DNA of 59,320 nt, filler included, from Sphacelaria rigidula (taxonomy: Eukaryota): NCBI GenBank assembly GCA_964200075.2. It is 9 parts of 9 records of this genome, joined end to end, with 100 filler letters (N's around TTAATTAATTAA, not from the genome) between each part and the next. Parts side by side here need not be neighbours in the genome. Positions count along the whole stretch, not along the records: positions 46,217 to 52,718 come from CAXNAA020019702.1; positions 52,819 to 59,320 come from CAXNAA020019703.1; 7 more parts are not named here. The stretch is one strand, 5' to 3'. The notes beneath the pieces were generated by a model, which made no database searches, was not told the DNA's origin, and worked only from the letters and a program-made list of their open reading frames with translations. The position numbers and the translations under genes were made by a program. Shown here in pieces: positions 50,711 to 59,320 of the stretch. How positions within the stretch are numbered: the first letter of the stretch is position 1; every line of letters starts with the position of its first letter.

Positions 50711-53388
50711 CGGACGACCCCCCTCCAATTTTCTGCCGTCGCCCGCAACCGTCATACTTCACATTATATGCGCACATGGGTGTAGTCTTCCTCCTGAAGC
50801 GGTGCATCCGGGGAGTTGGCCTGTCTGCCCACGGCTACTCGCACGCCCAGCATCATCCGGAACGTCAGGCCGAGTTGTTTTTCGTCCATTTTCGTGCTCG
50901 AGTCAACGCGCCGACCCTGTTCCACCCATCCCCCATCCCCCAACACACACGCACGCACACGCACACGCACCACCACCATTCCCGGAAGCGGCCACAAAGC
51001 GCGATTGGTTGGGTTTCGTTTCGGTGGTACCACAAATTGTTTGGGGGGGGGGAGGGATAAGGAGTGGAGCGACAAAATGGCAATCGGTGGAGTAGGGAGG
51101 GAAGGCATCACCGTGTCGAAATACGGGAACGCACGCAAAGGAGGTAGATTTTGTTAGGGGTGGGGGTGGATATAACTAGTCAAGGTTGTGTTATGTAGGG
51201 TATACGGACGGAAATGCGGGTATCTACAGAAGTATCAAACAGGAAATTTATCGGTGAGTACCTTTTTCTGGATCACGCCGGAGTGTTCGAAACAGGGCTC
51301 AATATCCTTCCGAATCATGCCAGAAAGTTCGCTACATATTCCGGTATGCTTTAGTATGCCAACCCTCCCCCACCTCTCCCCCCACGTCCAGATACACAAT
51401 ACCCTACAGAACATAATTTGGGATATAATCTACGCAACAGAGGTAGGTGTTGTTACTGTACAAGCTGGTCACAAACGGGTTTTCGAGGCTACAAGAAATC
51501 TGTGGTCCGGCCACTCCTTACGAACGGATTACTTTTACACACTGGATAGCAACGGATGAAACTGTCAAAAAAATGTACTGGGTACAGTATCGAATCCATT
51601 GTCTATTGCAATAGACGCAATGGCCAATACTGTACACAGTACACTCTTTACCAGCGTAATATATCGTCATTATCCAGGGTGTGAAAACTTTCAGGAGGAG
51701 GGCTTGCTTTTTTGCCCTCGTTCTTCCACGTACGTCTCCCGTATCATGCCCCACGCGGGACAGACCCAAAAATAGCAACACCAACTGCAAGTTTGGGAGG
51801 AGTCAAGAGCATTTCGTGGTCAGAACGTCTATCGTATACGGCCAACCCCTTGGGCCTTGTCTGTCCTTCTTGCCCCTACAATATACTTTTAGCGAACAGC
51901 GACATGAACCAAAAGTGCGCCTAAAACCTACAGAAACAAAAGAACTATATATATAGAGATGGTTTCGAGATGGGTGCAGCTGTATTACCTACCACATATT
52001 CAAGTTTCGGGGTTCGTGCATCTCTCATTCGTTTTTTATTTTGTCATGATCCATCTTACCTTTGCTTGTCCGTTCTTGAGCCTGGGGACTCGTACTCTTG
52101 TCCTTGTATTCTTGACGAGTATTTCTCCCACCGATCCATCATTCGACACAAAATGGTTTAGATCTCCCTCGAACACCGGCTGTGCGGCAGGAAAAAAGGA
52201 CAGATGGAAACAAAAAACAAAAAAATGAACAGGCCACGAGGAAAGAGGAAGGGACGGGGACGCGGATAGACATCTTGAGGAGGCAGGTCGTGTACGAACT
52301 ACAGAACAAGATATTGAATATCCCCTCTTCATGTATATATATAATGTATACATAAATGTTGTCAATCAAGTGACCCAGAGAGGTCTAAAGTTGTTTCGAC
52401 ACCCGCTTGAGCATACCGCGATGAAACTTGCAAACTGTTACATGTGTTCGAGATTGCTACTTGTTTGCAGCTATGCCGTGTACTTAATCTCTCTCTCTCA
52501 CTTCACACAACGTCAACGGTGTAACTGTACCCCCCGCTTTGAAGGAACTCGTCTTCTCCCCCCCCCCCCCAGCTGCTCCGTCTCGAAAGGGATGCGTGGT
52601 CAGTGGTCAGACGATTAAGGCAAGCAACACATGAAAACGCCCCCCCCCCCCCCCCCCTTCCTTCCCACAAAAAACACCCCCCCCGCCCCCCCACCCCAAA
52701 ACAACCCCCCCCCTTCACNNNNNNNNNNNNNNNNNNNNNNNNNNNNNNNNNNNNNNNNNNNNTTAATTAATTAANNNNNNNNNNNNNNNNNNNNNNNNNN
52801 NNNNNNNNNNNNNNNNNNCAGTACAGACTGCCCACGCACCCAAGACTTTGTAGAGACAGGACCGTACTGACTGTATACACAAGACCACAGTATACGTAGT
52901 CCTGCTACTGTAGTGTCTACAGGGCTTGGGTGCGTGGGCAGTCTGTACTGTATTCGAGTGCTGTTTGCTACACGCTGCATGCACAGGCCTGGACTGAGCT
53001 ACAATACTGTGCAAACTACATACAGAGTGTCTTTACAGCACTCGTCATTGACCGTACCCTGTTCTGTTCTCATGGAGGTAAGGGCCATCACGCTACTGGC
53101 GAGCGAAGAACAACGAAGCAACACGCTGACTGCCCACGAACACCAGCGACAGCAGTGGTGATGGTAGCCAAGTCATCACCACAGCCAATGCGTACAATGC
53201 TGCGCTGTTGTGTGTACTGTTATCCGTGCTGTCCTCTCAGTCAAGTACTACCGTGCGGTGAAGAAGCACAACCGTCACTCGTACAATACAGTCAGTTAGT
53301 ACAGCAAGACGGTGCTCTTATAGATTGTCTTGCGTCACGCAACCCACCATGTATTACTCAGCCAATATATTGCAGCAGTGCAGACAAG

Positions 53389-53650
53389 GCGATCGCCCCG
53401 GTGGCTCAGTTGGTAACCTGGAAACCTTCTGACGGTTGGCTCGTGGGTTCGAATCTTGGAGCGATCTGGGATTCTTACTTCTCACACAATGCCCAACAGT
53501 GGAGAGCGACCATGTCGTGGGTACACACAATTCGACTCAACGGTCGACGAGGGCAAGGGACTGCTGAACCCCTCTCGCGATAAAAAGGAAAGGCAAGCAT
53601 CGCAGAAGGGAGGTGGAGGACTGGAACAAATAAAAAAGAAGAAATTCCTG
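53389..53650 (+). mobile_element. tRNA-derived SINE, 3'-truncated copy
   Basis: A box TGGCTCAGTTGG (53402), B box GGTTCGAATC (~53447), family body; no tail. Confidence 0.85.
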
Positions 53651-53814
53651 AATTTGAAATTATGCCTTCACACCTGATATAAAACGATGAACACTGCTTT
53701 TCCAAGTATGATAGTGCGTCGATCACGAAAGAAGGGCTGCTTGAAAATATTCTGTGGAAAATTGTGTTGTTGAAAAATAGCTTCTCTCATATATATTTTT
53801 TCAAAACTTGAGAA

Positions 53815-54818
53815 GTGGCCTCAGCTCTTTTTTTTCGATTGAAAAAATGGGGCGGTAGAATCGATTTGTGCGAAATTTGCTCACTTTTCTCGAGTTGGGT
53901 TCAAGCAAGTTTCCAAGCTTTCGATCGAAAAAGACAGTGAAATTCGTGAAACGGCACAAGGTAACTTGTGTACAGTACAATCTGTACTGTCTGCACTGCT
54001 TGCAAGTCGTGTCTTGAGTGCGTGTGTGCGTGTTTCGTACAGGAGGATGTAAAAGAGAAGCGGGCAACGTGCATTGCAGACAGCCCAGGACTACCAGTTC
54101 TCTCTGCTTACAATACGACGTGAGAAGGACTTTAGCAAAGTGCAGCTTTGTACTGCCTGGCCTGTCCATGGGCGTGCACGCAACACGGTTGCTCACCGCA
54201 TCACGCAGTTCCGTCGCTGATCCCTCCCATGAAAGGAGATGAGCAAGTTCTCGCCACCAAAAAATAAACAAAGCATACCCAACTACTGCAGTGTATCCAT
54301 CCCTGCACTCAACTCGTGCTCTATGCTACATGGTTGCGGAGGTAGCTGAGAATGAGTTGGATGGAGTTTGCATGGTCCTGTAAACGGGTGTTATCTGGTG
54401 CGGTGGTCTTTAAGATAGGAGTCAAGTGCTGCTTCGTGCCTTTCGACCGCATGTTTTCAATCGAAAGTAGTCTTTTTTTTGTGTCAAATAGTTTTCTCCG
54501 AGCGCCATTAATCATAATTTCAAGTTGAAGCCTTTTAAAAACATGAATGCGATGGACGCATCACATCATTGAAAAAAAAATCGATCGCACAATTTCGATC
54601 GAAAAAAAAATGCGAAGGCCGTGCCTTAGCACATCATTTTCCTATCGAAAATATGCCGTGGAAAAAGAAAACTCCGATCTGATAGGTCGTGATTTCAACA
54701 ATCGTCGTTCTTTTTGAAGATGGTTGAAATCATGACCTATCAGATTGGGATTTTTGTTTTCCACCGCACTTTTTCGATAGAAAAATGATATACTAAGATA
54801 TGGCCTAAGACACGCCCG
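53815..54818 (-). mobile_element. PIF/Harbinger-like non-autonomous element (copy 2) with a nested MITE
   Basis: Terminus AAGACACGCCC; body is the reverse complement of 56310-57100. Confidence 0.65.
54617..54804. mobile_element. Palindromic Tourist-like MITE
   Basis: GGCCGTGCCTTAGCACATCATTTT ... AAAATGATATACTAAGATATGGCC; flanks GAA / TAA. Confidence 0.7.
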
Positions 54819-54855
54819 AAGATACGGCCCGAGTGCAAGACCTATTCCACCGAAG

Positions 54856-55939
54856 GAGCAATTGCCATCAACCGGTATACCGATTGCGTTTCCGCCGAAA
54901 ATCGGTATAGCCGAAAATCCACTTCAGAAATGCAAGAATTCCTGCCGCCTGATTGACCAAACCATCCCGCCAACAAATTCTTGCGGAAGGCACGTGCGGT
55001 GTATCCGATAGTGAAAACTCAATTTGGCTTTCACCGGTTTTACGCGACGACTTGACCGGCTTTTGGCGATCGACGTGCCTCGCCGCAGGTTCTCGACCAG
55101 CCCCTCAAACATGTACGTCACCATACACTCTCTCACCTTTCGGCGGCTGACCGCTGAATATCGGGGGCTTCATGTTGTCATTCTGACCACCACCATCCCA
55201 ACTCACAACCACGAACGGCTCTACTCATAATCACACGGCTGTTTCACAGCTTCGAAGTGGACAGGCACATAAATCACGGCGGAGCAAAATACAGTCAACC
55301 CAAAACACGACGCACATGTCACTCATTGACGTCCCCGGCTGGCGAGGGGTGTCAAGTCAACCAGCGGACAAGAGATGAAAGCGGCAGCTGGCATGTGTTC
55401 ACCCCCCTAAAGTAAAAGACGTTTTACAAATTTACGGCGGACGTCAAAGCGCAGTAGTGTGCATCCAGGCAAGGTACAAATACCTGCCGAAGCACACTGC
55501 ACACGCAGGTGGCGACAACAATCCGGCAGCTGGAGAGAACTGCCGACCGTGTGGCCATGGCCCCGTCTTGTGGGTAACTACCTGGTGGGGTGTAGGCCAA
55601 TACGTACAGCGACAGACGGTCAGACGGTAGAATTCTAGGCCCAACCGAAACAGAACTCCCGATATTTAGCGGCCAGCGGCTGAAAGGTAACAGAGTGTAT
55701 GGTGACGTGTACATGTTTTCGGGCTGGCCGGGAACCCGCGGTGAGGCACGTCGATCGCCAAAAACCGGTGAAGTCGTCGCCTAAAACCGATGGAAGTCAA
55801 TTTGAGTAGTTACTATTAGCTACACCGCGCGTGCCTTTCGCCATAATCCGTTGGCGGCGTGAATTGGCCAGTCAGACGGCAGTATTTGTTGAATTTCCTG
55901 AAGTGGATTTTTAACTATACCGGTTTTTGGATATTGCCC
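54856..55939. mobile_element. Mutator-like (MULE) non-autonomous element
   Basis: ~280-310-bp inverted arms (54856-55168 vs 55657-55939) starting G(A/G)GCAAT; 9-bp flanks CCACCGAAG / CCATCGAAG. Confidence 0.82.
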
Positions 55940-56309
55940 CCATCGAAGCCATGTTGCAGACGCCGGCCTTTTTCTTTTCTCGTGCCTTTGTCGCTCGCTT
56001 CGGTTGGTGTTGTGTTGTGTCTTCTGCTTTTACTTTTCTTTAGTGAGTGTTTCCGGTTCCGTACAGACTGGCGTGGCTAAGTCACGTCGGCTCTACATGT
56101 CGTGTAGTGCTCAATATAACAAACCTACGATGCCCACACGCCACCGCCTTCCTGTTGCAGCTGTTGTCGGTAAAGTGCGGCTGTAACCGTCGGTGCAAGG
56201 GGTATGCGACGTCCTTGTGCAAAAGGTTTTGCTCAAAGTCCGTTTGTCAGCTGATATCGCACATCCCGCCAGCATGAAATTGGCTTTTTTTGCGGATTTT
56301 TACCCTTTA

Positions 56310-57364
56310 GGGTGTGTCTTGGCATCTTTTTTTCGGACAAAAAAGTGCGGTGGGAAATAAAAATATCGGTCTGTGATCCTCGCGGTATTTCTGTTTCTAG
56401 CTTGCTTCGACTATTTTTCATAACTAGTGGCGCGCCGAGAAGAAGTAAAGAACAATGAAGCCGAGATTCCTCGATCAAAAACATGCGGTCGAAAGGCACG
56501 AAGGGGTACTTGACGCCTATCTTGCAGACCACCGCACCAGATACCCCCCTTTCACAGAACCATGCAAATCCACACAACTCATCACTAGATACCACCCCAA
56601 CCCCGCAGCATAGAGCACGAGTTGAGCACAGGGATGGATACACCGCAGTAGTTGGGTATGCCGTGTTTATTTTCTGTTGGCGAAACCTTGAGCATCTTCT
56701 CTCATGGATCGGCGACGGAACTACGTGATCGGGTGGGTAACCGACTCACGTACACGCTCATGGACAGTGCAAGCGGCACAAAGCTGAACGTTGTCCGATT
56801 CCTTTTCATGTCGCATGGTAAGCACAGAGTATACAGATAAAATCTTGGGCTGTCTGTGCTGCACGTCGCCCGCTTCTCTTTCGCATCTTTCTGTACGAAA
56901 CACGCCCACACGCACTCAACCACGCTGCATGTAAACGGTGCACACATTGCAGTACTGTCTGTGCTACAGACAAGCGAAAGTACCGGTTTGCGAATTTCAC
57001 CGTTTTTCCCCCTATCAAGAGCGCTCAAACCCAACTCGAGAAAAGCGAGCAAATTTCGCTCGAATCAATTCCACCGGCCTTTTTTTCGATTGGAAAATAA
57101 TGTGCTCACACACGCCTTTACTTCGGTATTACCCCGTGCACTCAACCACGCTGCATGTAAACGGTGTACACATTGCAGTACTGCCTGTGCTACAGACAAG
57201 CGAAAGTACCGGTTTGCGAATTTCACCGTTTTTCCCCCCATCAAGAGCGCTTAAACCCAACTCGAGAAAAGCGAGCAAATTTCGCTCGAATCAATTCCAC
57301 CGGCCTTTTTTTCGATTGGAAAATAATGTGCTCACACACGCCTTTACTTCGGTATTACCCCGTG
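56310..57364 (+). mobile_element. PIF/Harbinger-like non-autonomous element (copy 3) ending in a 226-bp tandem duplication
   Basis: TTA|GGGTGTGTCTTGGC start; 56913-57138 repeated almost exactly at 57139-57364. Confidence 0.68.
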
Positions 57365-59320
57365 TGTCCGTTTCCTCGCCCAGCAAGCGGTCAATATTGA
57401 CCCCGAGCAACAGTGCGGTAGGTGGGAAAGTCGATTGCTCCTATGCGAAGTACGCTTACTTGCAAATGATTCACGGCGGCCACTTTCACGTAAGACCTAC
57501 GCCTTGCCCGCCGTTGAAAAATAGGGCGTTCACGTGTTGGAGACGGGGCCTGCTCCCGTGTTTTCAAGCAAGTGCAGCAGTGCTCGCGGTACCATACACT
57601 TGCCTTGAGCAAACTTCCGAACGCTCGAGGTGCCTACCTCACATGACTGCCGTGAGGCGGTCGAGCCGAGCCTCCGAGAAATCGGCACACAAAGCCGCTT
57701 GCGGGGTAAGTGTTGGGTGAGTTTTACTTCCTCCTTCAAGGGAAGTAAAAATTATTAGTGGTCGACCGTACTGACGGCGTTTCTCCCATTAGGACCCATT
57801 ATGATCGACACGGTGTTTTCGGAGAACCCTGAAAGTTTAGACGTTTTCAGACCCGGCGGTCAGCGATCTCCTTACATGAAGCGGCTTGATTTTTTCTCCG
57901 GAGCTTCACGTTAGGAGGAGTCTGAATACTTCGGACTGCTGCGCAACACTTCGCAGCGCTGCCCTGTGAGCACGCTGTGCCGCTCGCAAGCGTGCGAGAG
58001 TCGTTAGGAACCTTGGTGGTGACACCCTAGGCTATATCATGAAGTAAAAACCACTTTGGGTTGGCAGTGTCTATCTTCTTGGACGGTGTGTGTGTCGGCC
58101 GCGGTGGTGGGGCTGTTGGGGTCAAGCGTGGTGGTCATCGTTTGCGGACATACGCACTCTCGAATTGAAGAGCAGAAACAATCCAGTACCTACCTGCTTG
58201 TCTGCTGTGCTGCAACGAGTGTACGCTACCGCACCGTAGTCTGTAGCTGATGGTGTGGTGGGTGTATCTACTTATACAACTGACAGAAAGCAAGCATGCT
58301 GCCATCTTTGCACGGAGTTTTCTACAGTCGGTATTTTGTTCGTCTGTGCTGCTGCTGCATTCTGGGGGAGCGGATCGATCACGTCCTTCCTTGCCTTTCC
58401 GACTGCCCCCCGTTTTACACAGAGCTTGCGAGAAATATATTTACCGTAGTTTCGAAGGCCATACACAAGCAGGCAGCATCATCCTGTCTTCATTTTGCCG
58501 GCGAAGGCAAGCAACTAACGAGATCAGCACTATGTCCGCAATGAGATATCCAAGAGCAACGACAAATCTTGATAATAATGCCGTTAGGAGCTCGCCTAAA
58601 TTTGAGAAGTTATCTTTAAGCCTTCGACCGCGACCCCCCCCCGCCGGTAGACTGAGGTAGACACTACACTTTTTGGGTTCAAAACCATTCCTTTGTCACA
58701 ACTCAAAACGCCTACTCTACGGCGGAATGGACCAGGAGTGCATAAGAGGCATATAGTTGCGTCATGACACAGACGGTGGTGTGGTTGTCGACCACCTGAT
58801 GATTACGCCTCATATTTGCTGTGCAGTCTGTAGTGTATTGTGCCGCGGCTGCACGGGCGGTCTGCAGCGTACTGGATCTTACAGTGTTGAACGTGCCGAG
58901 TGTACGCAGCATACGATGGGATATCGTACCATGACTACCCGCGCGAACGCNNNNNNNNNNCCCCTGACTACCGTAGAGCAATTGCTCGGCGATGGCGGTC
59001 GCCTCACCGTCGAAGTACTTGTCTACATCTAAATGCGTTGGGTACTCGTGGCCGCCGCTCGCGTGTTGCGCCATGGCGTTTGATACCAGATGGAGGTGTG
59101 GAACTAGTACGACGCTCATGCAGTACTGAACAGACAGAGTGTACCGAAGATGCTCGAACACCTACTTTGTGGTTATATAATAGATGGTTGATTTGGCATG
59201 CTCAAAATGAGTTATGAGGGTGGACAGCGAATGTGTCCACCAGCTGTTCACCTATACCGTAACAAAAGTGCTCATTTTGACGACCGTGATTGGTCAGAAT
59301 GATCATCCCGCACCCCTCGG

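Noticed and set aside
53391..53470. Functional tRNA gene
   Set aside because: Copies vary, the cloverleaf is imperfect, and each is fused to the same downstream body, so it is a SINE head.
56938..57720. 260-aa ORF with internal repeat
   Set aside because: Arises from the 226-bp duplication within a non-coding transposon.
58712..59161. 149-aa minus-strand ORF
   Set aside because: Spans a 10-N gap, with no recognisable motif or clear splice sites.

Overview
Repeat-rich eukaryotic nuclear DNA. Long introns, GTGCGT/GTGAGA donors and a bipartite-looking targeting presequence suggest a photosynthetic stramenopile, probably a brown alga (inference). The window is not a contiguous locus. It consists of nine unrelated 6502-6503 bp contigs joined by artificial 100-bp spacers (44 N + TTAATTAATTAA + 44 N), so nothing can be inferred across the gaps. 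Recognisable host exons: U2 snRNP A' (2 exons), a PIP5K exon, the first exon of an SDR, and three phase-compatible exons of a low-complexity protein. The rest is mostly mobile DNA: an RT-less Ty1/Copia element with both LTRs, a tRNA-headed SINE family, a LINE endonuclease remnant, piggyBac-, hAT-, Mutator- and Harbinger-like non-autonomous elements (several nested), and minisatellites. The most unusual item is a frameshifted FEN1/XPG-type nuclease + Cys-cluster coding remnant (about 27.4-29.8 kb) with the architecture of an AcademX transposon protein. All assignments are by eye; no searches were run.
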